Below, in pieces: positions 1 to 11,033 of a DNA stretch of 60,389 bases (the first letter of the stretch is position 1; each line of letters opens with the position of its first letter). The DNA is from Fistulifera solaris (taxonomy: Eukaryota). The position numbers and the translations under genes were made by a program. Below the pieces are notes generated by a model. The model had not been told where the DNA came from. It did not search any database and saw nothing but the letters and a program-made list of their open reading frames with translations. The DNA is taken from contig AP026133.1 in assembly GCA_030295235.1 (NCBI GenBank), forward strand, positions 1,302,001 through 1,362,389, given 5' to 3'.

Positions 1-695
1 ATTAGCGATGACAGTTATGGCTGGTATTCCCTTTCTATTCATTCACGATTTTAGATTGTGGATACATGTAGGGGTTGTTTTTACGAAGAATATAAATTAC
101 TCTCTTCGGTCTTCGTGCGATGAAAAACGTTTATCGAAAAACAAACAATCTTGATAGTGCTCATGTTTGCGTGTGAGCGATGCCCCAGAAAATGGAAGGC
201 AATTGCGCTCTGCATACTGTTACTCCGCATTGCCTTTACGGAAAGGAGAGCCACTTGATAGTGAATACTTCCTTCCTCTTTGTGGGTCTCGCCCATGAAA
301 TTAATGCAACTACATCATTGTCGGAGATTTCATGTGTATAGTTTTCGTTTCTGTCATCCTAATATGAGAACGTTCGTAGCGCGAGGAACAAAAGCCAATC
401 GTCCCGTTTCGTCCGATTCGCATACACATTCAAACTTGACTTGTCCTCCGCTAACTGAACAAGGTCGCACATAGCGTCAGAACATCTTCCGCTAACGCTG
501 TCCCCGCCAGCTATGACGTCGAGCCGGGCTTCAAGTCAGTGTTTCCGCAAATATTTATTATTCTTGTTGCGATCCTTCTTTCGTCTTCACCAAACGTCCT
601 TGCTAGAGCGGCTTACCCATAGTATCCAGGACAGGCGTTTTGCATTCTGCGTACTCGTCTCACCCGCACTCCATCGCGCCAAGTGTTTCCTTTGC

Positions 696-1892
696 CTAAT
701 TATTTTGGGGCACTGGCTTCAGGTCGGGAAATCGCGATGGATTGAAATCTCTGATATTCAGGCGAGTCGTACCAGTGGCTATCAGATCAGCGATGCATTC
801 CCCAGTAGCGGGACCCCAGAGTATTCCCCAGCAATTGTTGCCACTTGCCATATAACAATTCTCTCCCCCTGCTTCCTCTTTTGATAAAGCTCCGATAACT
901 GGTAAGAAGTCAGATGTGACGGGTTGATAGCAAGCGGATTGAAGTACTGGATCACCACAAAGCAGACCCTCTGTTCCGGAGCATCCACGCACGGCTTCTA
1001 GTACCCCATCGATCACGTCTGCTTCAACTGTTTCTTTCCCGGGCTCTTCTGTGACTAGCTTGAGTTCACCAGCTAGTGCGGTACAAAAGGCCGTGTTGTT
1101 CGGTCTCACATACACTTCACATTCCGTGCCTCCGTCGTCATCGTCATCGTCGTCGTTATAAAAGAATACAACCTGACTGAGAGTTCTTTCGGTCGGAATC
1201 GTTACAGCATGGCCTTTGATACCGTACATGATGTTTGCTGACCAAGGGCCACAAGCGTACAGCAATGCGTCACCACGGACCGTTCGACCATCATCTAACT
1301 TGGCTCCAATGAAATTCCCAGTTTCGTCATCGTGAACAGCATTCATGACTCTACCCTTCACTAGGACACCTCCCCTTCTTTGCACCTCTTCCCATAGCTT
1401 TTCGCACAAAAGCTTGGGTGTTACCTGCGCAATATTGGTTTCGTTGCCCATATCTTGCACACTCCGAATAAATAGTTCATTGCTCTCGCGATCCAACCAT
1501 TCGAGTTTAACCTCTTTAATGCTCTCTGTTATTCGTTTCGGCTTCTTCATTTTGGTAGATTGATTTACTGCTACACATGTTAACCTTCTGTACTGTATTG
1601 AATCCGCCCCAAACGCATCTGCCAACTCTTGATGCAGATAAAAGGATCGATGCGACAATTCTTCAGTCAGAGTCCCATCGGACCAGTGGCGGGCCAAGAA
1701 ACCGGCCGCTTTCCCTGACGCACCCGGAGCAATCGTTCCGCTCCAATCGACGAGGACTGATCGTATATTGTATTTCGTTGCCAGGTAGTAAGCAGTTGAC
1801 AATCCTGTAATGCCAGCCCCAACAATCACAACGTGTTGCGGTTTGGGTGGATTCTCAATATTCTTTCGAACGGATTGTCGAGTTGTTCGCAT
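696..1892 (-). CDS. FAD-dependent oxidoreductase (DAO/glycine oxidase-like family)
   Basis: 398-aa ORF with N-terminal Rossmann motif VIVGAGITGLSTA, then ASGKAAGF, ACGPWS and C-terminal GNNCWGILWGPATG. Confidence 0.85.
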   Translation of the reverse strand: MRTTRQSVRKNIENPPKPQHVVIVGAGITGLSTAYYLATKYNIRSVLVDWSGTIAPGASGKAAGFLARHWSDGTLTEELSHRSFYLHQELADAFGADSIQYRRLTCVAVNQSTKMKKPKRITESIKEVKLEWLDRESNELFIRSVQDMGNETNIAQVTPKLLCEKLWEEVQRRGGVLVKGRVMNAVHDDETGNFIGAKLDDGRTVRGDALLYACGPWSANIMYGIKGHAVTIPTERTLSQVVFFYNDDDDDDDGGTECEVYVRPNNTAFCTALAGELKLVTEEPGKETVEADVIDGVLEAVRGCSGTEGLLCGDPVLQSACYQPVTSDFLPVIGALSKEEAGGENCYMASGNNCWGILWGPATGECIADLIATGTTRLNIRDFNPSRFPDLKPVPQNN

Positions 1893-2383
1893 GACTTTTT
1901 CGCTGATAGTACATATGCCTGCAAATACGCTGTTGTTTCCTCAATAAAAGGAATGCCTTGGACGTTATGAGAACCTTCACCTGATTTTTGCAAAACGTTT
2001 CGATCGAAGCGAACCGAAGGCATTGCGACGTCCCTTTGAGAGGCCTCTGTTCTAAATGCACAATCGGAAGCGCAACTCTTTCACAGCACTGAACCACAAT
2101 TACCTTGTACCGTACAAGTACAAGTACCTAGTAGAGAATGACAATGTGCATGCGGCCAACAAAAATGTGACCCGGAACGATTTCTCGTCCTAGTTTCTAG
2201 TCACCAACGGGCGACGGGTGGGCGGTGGGAGCGTCGAATTTTGCGCGGTCGCGCGCGTCGGCGTCAACTTTCAATTTCTTTATTGTCGTTTTCGCAAGCC
2301 CTTTGGGTCTTCCGCCATTGCTCATAAATAAATAAATAAATGCTGTCGACGATCCGCATTTCTTGCAGCTGTGACATTGACAA

Positions 2384-3333
2384 ATGACAACATTCATGGA
2401 GTTCATTCAAGCGCGCCTCGCTGAATATGGGGTGAAATTCGATTTATTGTCGGTAAGTCTTACAAGTCGACGTTTTTTCCTAATTGTTGGATCGCTCAGA
2501 ATCCTACGTGTTTTGTCTTTGACAGGTCCTCGTTGGGATTTGCATTGGTGCCATCATTTCATCTATTTGTTTTTCAGTTTTCTTTCTATGCTTCTACAAG
2601 CGAGGCCAGCTTGTGTCTGATGCAAACAACATCACTGAAGGATTACAAAGCACTTTCCTTACCTTTAACTCCTCGCAAGGTCGAGCCCGAAACGGTCTCT
2701 TCGGGGAGCGTTCCCGCCGTTGCGCCGGCTGTTGCGGATGCACCCGACCTCGTCGGCGAGACTGAGCCCGAAACGGCCTCTGCGGTGAGCGTTCCCGCCG
2801 TTGCGCCGGCTGTTGCGGATGCACCCGACCTCGTCGGCGAGACTGAGCCCGAAACGGCCTCTGCGGTGAGCGTTCCCGCCGTTGCGCCGGCTGTTGCGGA
2901 TGCACCCGACCTCGTCGGCGAGACTGAGCCCGAAACGGCCTCTGCGGTGAGCGTTCCCGCCGTTGCGCCGGCTGTTGCGGATGCACCCGACCCCGTTGGT
3001 GAGACCGAGCTTGAAACGGTCTCTGCGAGAAGCGTTCCCGCAACTTCGCCGGACGCTGCGAATGCAACCGACCCAGTCGGCAAGGCCGTATCTTTCGAGA
3101 ACGTTCCCGCACTTTCGGCGGATGTTGCGAAGGCACCCGATTCAGCTGTCAGTGGTGTCATTCCCGAGACTCCCGAGGCCCCCGAAATTCCCAAGACACC
3201 GCATCAACCTAGTGAGCCTGCGGATCAGGATACTATGGGATCGATCGTGCGCAACGGACGTCGCTCGTCGCTACGACTGGCAAATCATTGCGAAGGACCG
3301 AAGGCGTGCCTCTTCAGTAACCCCAGCAACTAG
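2384..3333 (+). CDS. Putative single-pass membrane protein with Ala/Pro/Val-rich 27-aa repeats (one intron, one probable frameshift)
   Basis: ATG 2384; GTAAGT...GACAG intron 2453-2525; exon 2 reads VLVGICIGAIISSICFSVFFLCFYKR (TM-like). A +1 shift near 2640 joins the repeat ORF 2533-3333. Confidence 0.5.
2683..3140 (+). repeat. 81-bp coding tandem repeat, 4 near-perfect copies plus degenerate copies
   Basis: Units start at 2683, 2764, 2845, 2926 and 3007 and encode EPETASAVSVPAVAPAVADAPDLVGET. Confidence 0.95.
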
Positions 3334-3849
3334 TAGAGTGGTAGTTGATTGTCTATTTGATTGTATTCAAAAATAGAACTGCAATTCGAGTGATTTTGGA
3401 TGCCTCCCGAATGCAGACATATGCGGTATCGCATTTTGTACATGTCTAATACTGCATTACAAATTGTTGATTTACGGAGAAAACAGCGCAAAAGAGAATA
3501 CGATAGTGTATTGTGGTGTAAAAGACGATCATGAACTATCTCCTTAAAGCTTCTGTGTGGAAATGAAACAGGGGATGGGCAATTTCAAATGAAATTGTTG
3601 TCCTGGATTTGCCGATTGAAAACGAGAGACTGATGATAAACTCGAAGCGACGAAGTCGGCAGTATAAGACGTGTACCTGGTGTCGACGATTCGGCGACTA
3701 AATCAATATTCAAGGAGTTTCTCCGATTGAACTCCTAAATGAGGCATCTGGTCGAAGCAACTGTTTAATAGTTTTGAGAAACGACTTAGTTGCTAGCTCG
3801 TCGGTAAATTATTCGCCATGGTTTGCAACAATGCTGTACGTGGCGCCGG

Positions 3850-6800
3850 CTAACTATCTCTTCGATTGATGTCGGTCGATTGCGCGGAACGGAGAATGGC
3901 CTTCAGAGCAGATCCTGATGAAAGCTTCTTCAAAGCAGTAGCGACTTCGATCATTCTCGCCCCTTTTTGCTGACGCTGAAATTGTAACCAGGCGCGAATA
4001 TCCTCCGAACAAATGCGCAATGCTCCCATATTCCCAGGAATAGATGTTGTCCCAATGGGAGGGTAAAACTCTTCAACAAGCATTCGCTGGACAGCGGGCC
4101 TCAATATTGGGCGCATCTTTAACGCAGAATTGCGACCTCGGCCAGTTACGATCACCAGATCATTCACAGACTCATCATCATTAGGCCCTGTATCCGTGAG
4201 CAGCCCTTGCTGGAATGCAATCCTGACAGCGGAATGTGCCATTGGTAAATTCATCCCATGAAGATCCAAAACAAGGGCACCACCGGCAACGTCTTGACGT
4301 TTCAAGTCAAATGGGATCCATCCATTTGTGACAGCCAGAAGGAATATGTCATCGGCAGCCACGGAATGCCCGTCTTTGTAAAGAGTCGAAATAGCCCCGA
4401 CCACCAATCTAATCTCGTACGTTGGATCTTCTTCTAAGCCAGCAGATATCGATTTTGACAGGAGGCTAGCTACTGAATTGTGTTGACCTTTGCTTGAAAG
4501 AAGACGCACGGCCTTTATAACAGCTTCGTGCGGTGGCTTGTGTCCGCTCCACAGTATCCAGTCGTCGATGCTCCGTACCACCCAAGCAGGCTGATGATTT
4601 TCGCACAGACATGAAATTGTTATTCCGAGCGCATTACAAAGAATATTGTAGTCTTTCGCCGGGAGTGGATCAAATTGTTTCTCATGCCCGAGCCAGCTAG
4701 AGTCATCTTTGTGGTAGAATTCAACATACGGACGAAGCATTTGAAATGCAGACAAGCACACTTTCCAATGACCAGCTTTCGCTGCCGCTTGTATTAGCCA
4801 TTTCCACTCACGCAAGTTCATTCCTAAATAATCTCGAGATACGGGTAAAACTTCCTCAAGCTGAGATGTAGTCTCTGAAAGTCCCGGGATGGCCTTTGGA
4901 AATGGAGAACTATTGTTTGGAGACTCCAACCATGCAATTTGTGCAGCTAGACTCTGAATATCCTCGCACAAACGAAGCGCGAGAGAAATACTACCTGTTT
5001 TTGCGCAGTACCGCATAAGAGACGAATGCATGTTTTGAATGATCTTTCTGTCGCGCCGATGCATAGGTAAATAGCTTGAAGAATTTGCATAAACGGTGGG
5101 ATGTGACGAAATCGATTTGAGGAACTGAATGTGGGATTGTCGTAAACAAATCTGAGATTGGTCAAAACGCCCGGTCGCGACACATGCTTTCGAAACCAAA
5201 GCAAGGCTTTCCAGTTCGGGTTCGTCGACATTTTCCAGAAGTGAGAAAGCACTTTCGGCCCTCGATAACGAAGCTTCAAAGAAGCCATTTTTCTTAGTTC
5301 GATGATTCGTCTTTCGTTCAGTGGCAATTGCAGACAGAGCATACGATTGAGCGATCTTTTCCAGAGTCTTGGCCTCTAAGGGAAGATTGCGGCTTCTTAC
5401 TTGCTCATGTAATTTTTTTGCTGTTCCATATTCCCCAACCAGGAGACACTTAGAAATAGCCTTTACGTATAAGGTAACCTCCGGCGTCCTGGCTCGTGAG
5501 CTAAAAATCAATAGACCAGTACGTTCAACAAGTGCACGTTGAGAATCTTCGTCACCGAGAAGAGCCTCGAAAAGAAAAGCGACGCTTTTCGTCTCGTTTG
5601 CCGCACACAATGCATCAACCAAAATTGTCGTCGTGTCGCCATCGACGTAAATGCCAGCTTGCATTATCTTCGCGAGAATTTCCTGTGTTGCTTGCAATGG
5701 AGAAGACTTAAGTGAAATGGTAGCAGCTAAAGCCGCGTTATACACACGCGGATTGTGTCCCACATCACTGAACGAGAGCCTCACAAGAGATAGAAGATCC
5801 TCCAGGTGTAAATTCGACGACCGGGCTATTGCCTGAAGACTGTGCACATAAGTCCTTTCGTCTCGAGCCACCCCCTCAATCTCCATCTTCTTCAATAGCT
5901 GATGGACGATACGTTGAACTCCGCAAGATTCTGTTGTATCGAAGTCTAGACCCTCAACTTCGGCGTATTTCCAAACGTCTACATTCACAGATGTGGCGCT
6001 TACGCTTATTCCCGAGAGCATCGTATTGTATGTCACAGTATCTGGAACGGAGTGACTACCTTCTGTCGACTCGAGTTCATCTGATTAAAAATGTCAAACA
6101 TATCCATCAAGCGCTGTTTTCTTTGTGCTGATTTCGATTGAAAAGCATTTTTTACCATGGCCTGGAGCACGGAATTATACATAACGGTATTTAAATCACA
6201 GTTCAAACGAGGATTTGATTTGATTTCCTCCAAAAGCTGAAGGGTTTCTTCGTACCGTCCAGCCCGTGCACATACCGCCATGCATGCTGAGTACACACGA
6301 GCATTTGGCTCCGGTAAAAGCCCGGTTGGTTCATCGACAATTGTTTCATTCATCGTTCGCAGAATATGAAGCGCTGTTTTCCATTCATTTTGTAGTTGCG
6401 ACAAAATCACCGTGCAAGTAATGACGTCTAGTGGGATACCCCGACTTTGCAACCATTCAAATAAAAGAGCTGATTTTGCAGCTCCATCATGAACACGACC
6501 ATAGACTTGATTCGCTCGTTGATTGATCTCTAAAAGAGTCGCAATCGTAGGATTACTGACAAGTTTTCTCTCCTCGTATGACAACGAGGATTCGAACAAC
6601 AGCAACGCTTGATTCCATTGCCAGCAGACAGAACCGAGGGGCATCAACGATGTCGTAGTATTAGTATTTATCCAAAAGGATTCGAGACTCTCCTCCGTTT
6701 CTGCATGACTCTTATCTTGTATAGAGGAAGCCAGTCCTTTGAAAAGAATACTCAAGCTATATACATCCGTGTGATTCCCGAGAAATGCCTCGTGATACAA

Positions 6801-7430
6801 ATCCAGAGCGACTTTGATTTTACCCCGCAGACACATGGCTTCCAACATGGCATTGACTTCCAGTGGCCCCACCGACGGTTTCCAACAATCACTTTGCGAA
6901 AGATTCCATACTGTTCTTATCTTTGCTACGCTTGCGGACGATGCGGTCAACCCACGGACCGCTTCTCCGAGGATCCGTGGATGCAAGGATACGCCAGCAT
7001 CCTGGGCACGATCGACGAGCTGCTGTATCATTTGTAGTATCAGTCGATAATCGTTGAGTGAAGCAGCCAATCGAATCGCTTGTATGACCGTGCGATCGAA
7101 TAAAGGATCTTTGTCATGGGTCATTTGATAGGTAGAGGAAAGAAAAAAGGCAAATGACTTGGCGGACCTGAGTAGTTGTGGCTTGTTGTCGTGTGTGTTT
7201 TGTACATGGCGACGTGATTTTTGCAAATTGAAAAGGTAGGAAGAAAGTATTTCTGTTTGATTTTGTGTCGAAAATTGTGCATTCGAAGAAGGCTTTGTTG
7301 CGAGTCGCGCTAATGTATGGCTGAAAGGAGGATAGGCATGAAAGAACGCAAAGCTTTCGGCAGCAATGTGAAGGACGAATATCACAACGATCACGACAGA
7401 CGCATGAAATTGCATCCAACGTCGCTTCAT
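3850..7430 (-). CDS. PPR-repeat protein with C-terminal Smr domain; two ORFs joined by a frameshift at ~6035
   Basis: PPR-like helices (PNARVYSACMAVCARAGRYEETLQLLEEI, LNTVMYNSVLQA, TYNTMLSG); Smr motifs VLDLHGM and VIVTGRG; N-terminal signal peptide ending AAESFAFF. Confidence 0.8.
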
Positions 7431-7921
7431 CCGATTTTAATGCGTCTGTGAGTATTTGGCTTTTGTGTATGAGAGACTTATACTTTGTAGTTGAAAAGCG
7501 GTGATGAACATAAGGAGACGAATGATGGAGAAAGAATTAACCATCATCGCCGTGATAAATAAATACAGGGACCTGGTATAATACTTGGTTGTTCGAGCGT
7601 GTGAATGGAGGAATTAAAGGTCACGGTCGACGAACATACAGTATCACACCGAAAACTAACATAACACCGAAACTGTACACTCTAGCTGGTACTGTCCTGC
7701 AATCTTTCCCCCGCTGGGCAAAGGTTCGGGTTCGCCTTTTTTTCCTTGTTTCGTGTTTCGTCACCATTGCGAACCGCATTACCTGTGAATTATTGCGACG
7801 GAAAGACTTTCGAAAAAGGAAATAAAACAAAATTTTACAAGTCCTAACAGGTAATTTAAAGGTATCGATCGATTGTTGATATCGAAAAAGCTTTTCTCAT
7901 CGAGATAAGAAGAGGTGTAAG

Positions 7922-9267
7922 ATGTCTCTCTTTACTCCTGTTACGGGGATTGTAGGAGGAACTCTCATTGGTGCGTCGCTTTTCCTTTTGTATGTCATAT
8001 CGTGCAAAGCTGACGAATCGTTCTGTTTTTGTTTTCTTCTTCTTCTCAATTGCGCGTTCTCTTCTCTCTTGTCTCTACATTGTGCAAATTGTCATTTCGT
8101 TCGTTATTTGTCTTTTATTCCTCAGGAGCCTCAGCGGGTACGCTCCTCGTCCTCAATGGAGACATTATGGGCATTAGCGGCATTCTCTCCAATTCACTCC
8201 TTCATCCTGTAAAAACATTGCGAGACCCTAAACATCACTGGCGTTGGGTTTGGATTGCCAGTTTCTCACTTACAGTGAATATCTATGTCTACTTTATCAA
8301 TCCGCAAAGGGCGTTACGTGATGATGATCGATCGCTCGCACATGATGTTCCCATTCCTTCGTGGCCGGCCCACATTTTGGGAGGATTGCTCGTCGGAATC
8401 GGGACGCGGATTGGGAATGGCTGTACCTCAGGTCATGGCATTTGTGGAATTAGTCGCTTCAGTTTGCGTAGCCTGGTAGCGACTTGTACGTTTACCGGAA
8501 CCGCCATTCTCACGCAATTCGTCCTTTCGCCGTTGCGCGGATGGTCGTCATGGACACACTTCTTACGCACTTCTAAAACACCCTACTGGCATCCGTGGGC
8601 CAGTGCGCTCTTTACGTCTGCCGTATGTATGGCGGCTCTCGTGCGGCCGATTCCTGTTCCAGAAACACTACAAGATAAGAAGGAACAGATTGTAGCACAG
8701 AACAAAGGTTTGGGTGCAGCGCTGTCGGGAATGATGTTTGCGCTAGGATTGTCGATTTCAGGAATGACCAAGACGTCCAAAGTACACGATTTTCTCTGTT
8801 TGTCGGGTTTTTCGAACAACACGTACGATCCCACGTTGATGACCGTTATGGCATCCGGTATCTTGGCGTCGTTATTGTCTTACCAAATGCTGTCCGACTA
8901 CAGCGTTACAAAAAAGTCCTTGCTGGATGGCCCCATTTCTCTTCCGAGAGGTTCCTCGTTCTCCGTTCCTACTAACCAAGCTATTGATAAGAAACTGATG
9001 TTGGGAGCTGCCATTTTCGGAACTGGTTGGGGATTGACAGGTACGACTGACTTTAACAATTTTGATGTGTTGTATATTTGGTGTAAATGGTGACCTCACG
9101 TGCGCGTTTTGCCCAAAATCTTCTTAGGAATCTGCCCCGGACCGGGCTTATATGCTGCTGCAGCAGGAGTGGTGAGTGCGCTGGTTGCTTGGATGCCGTC
9201 GTTTTTGTTGGGTTCGCACCTTGGCATCAATTTCGCCGACTATTTGAGTAAAAAGAAACTACTCTAG
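7922..9267 (+). CDS. YeeE/YedE (TsuA-like) sulfur-compound transporter family membrane protein, 2 introns
   Basis: Motifs GGTLIG, LNGDIMGISG, GNGCTSGHGICG, GLSISGM and FGTGWGLTG/ICPGP; introns ~7971-8126 and ~9041-9127. Confidence 0.85.
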
Positions 9268-9358
9268 ATCCCTTGCTTTAGATTGGGTCAATGTTTAAAC
9301 TCTACAATTAGAACGGTGATAAGCGCTCAAATAGAATTCAATCATCTTTTGAAATGAC

Positions 9359-10495
9359 TTAAGCCGCTTCCTCGTCGTCCGGAGCAAACGGATCTGTAGC
9401 AGGTAGTGGCATGAACACTTCATGTGCGGTGCCACTTCCGTCGATCTTCTCAAACTCAAACGTTGGCAAAGGAGGCCGATCAATTGCATCTAGTACTTTG
9501 TCTGTGCCCCACAAGGGTTTTTTAACAGCGTCTCGTACTTCAACAAAGTGCCCCTTATTGCCTGGAACTGCACCAAGAACATAAAGTAAATTTCGGCCTC
9601 GATCAATTTTAATGATGCGCACATTTTGGGTCGTTACTCGTTCTGTACCCATATGCCCAGCCATTTTCTTGCCCTTGAATACTTTTCCAGGGTCTTGGCA
9701 TTGTCCCGTAGAACCATGTGCTCGATGAGACAAAGATACACCGTGTGAAGCGGGCATACCTCCAAAATTGTGACGTTTCATGGGTCCCTGGAACCCCTTT
9801 CCTTTTGATATTCCCGACACGTCTATATTTTGTCCTGGAACAAAGTGTCGCGCATGAATTTGCGAGTGCAATGGGGGGAGAAGCGATTCGTCGGTGATGC
9901 GGAACTCGCGGACCAGATACGGCGGATTCTCCTCCTCCGATAAGAATGCCTGGTACTGTCCCAGGACTGATTTTCCTACATTCTTTCGTTTTCTTTCTCC
10001 AGCGGCAATTTGAGCAGCAATGTATCCGTTCTTTTCCATCGTTTTATGTCCAATAACTATATTTTGATCCATGAACAGCACCGTACAAGGATGTCGGACG
10101 CCCCACTCATCGAATACAGGCATCATACCCACTTTGATGGCCAGAGCCCCGCAGCGTTTATCAAGAAGCGTCCATCGCGGCAAATGCTTTTCCGGTTCCA
10201 ACTCGTACTCGAATTCTTCTAGCTTGAAACTCGCTTGCAGGGGCTTCTTTCGCATGCCCGGTTTCCAGTTTTCCACAAATCTAGCCTTTTGTTTAGCAAT
10301 CATTTTGGCTTCTTCCTCTTTCAAAATCTTTTCAATTTCTTCATTAGAAAGTCCGGTGTTGTTAATCGTCTGATATTTGGGAGTATCCTTCTTGTCGTCG
10401 TTCTTGAATAAGCGAACGGTGGTCGAGTAGCATCGCACTCTGGATGAACTATTGAACGCCTTCTGAAGCGCGTTCGTTTGCCGTAACGCCCACAT
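9359..10495 (-). CDS. MRPL3: Mitochondrial 50S ribosomal protein L3 (uL3m)
   Basis: GKGFQGPMKRHNF and HRAHGSTGQCQDPGKVFKGKKMAGHMG; Arg/Ser-rich presequence-like N-terminus. Confidence 0.93.
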   Translation of the reverse strand: MWALRQTNALQKAFNSSSRVRCYSTTVRLFKNDDKKDTPKYQTINNTGLSNEEIEKILKEEEAKMIAKQKARFVENWKPGMRKKPLQASFKLEEFEYELEPEKHLPRWTLLDKRCGALAIKVGMMPVFDEWGVRHPCTVLFMDQNIVIGHKTMEKNGYIAAQIAAGERKRKNVGKSVLGQYQAFLSEEENPPYLVREFRITDESLLPPLHSQIHARHFVPGQNIDVSGISKGKGFQGPMKRHNFGGMPASHGVSLSHRAHGSTGQCQDPGKVFKGKKMAGHMGTERVTTQNVRIIKIDRGRNLLYVLGAVPGNKGHFVEVRDAVKKPLWGTDKVLDAIDRPPLPTFEFEKIDGSGTAHEVFMPLPATDPFAPDDEEAA

Positions 10496-11033
10496 GTTTC
10501 GCCCTCGTGTCGTCCTTTAAATCCGGGGAGTCAAGGCTCTTAATTGGCGATAAAAGACAAGATAAAATAAATAATGATGTTGACGCTGGTTGTCGATTGA
10601 CTTCGTTCATGTAGTGTCATCGCAATCGCATGTACCTGTCTGTACCTGTATTGTAAGTGTGAGGTCAGCTTATTATCGAGCGTACGACGCAAGACGTTGA
10701 GCCGTTGGACTGCTGTCTGTAAAAAAGTAGAGACGACCTGTTGACAATCCTTCTCTCTAACGACGAGGGAAGTGTTTCAAGACACGCACCACACGCGAAC
10801 CATCTATGATCCATAGGTGCTTGGCGAATTGTAGCTGAGTTGATCGCTTTCCCGTTAAGGTCATACAAAAACAGAAAACGACTGGAACATAGGCAACCAA
10901 ACGAAGGATAGACACATTGAAACGACCTTTCAATGCAATTAACGTACACTCGTCTAAAGTAATTGAAGTACACTAAAGTAATGTAAATATTTATTTACGA
11001 GGTAAGTATTTTGCTGATGACTGGCGGAGGCCC

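Noticed and set aside
2594..3376. Alternative-frame and antisense ORFs over the 81-bp repeat
   Set aside because: They are shadow ORFs caused by a stop-free GC-rich repeat.
7922..9267. YeeE/YedE transporter as a recent bacterial horizontal transfer
   Set aside because: It has introns, and the family is known in various eukaryotes; nothing here indicates recent transfer.
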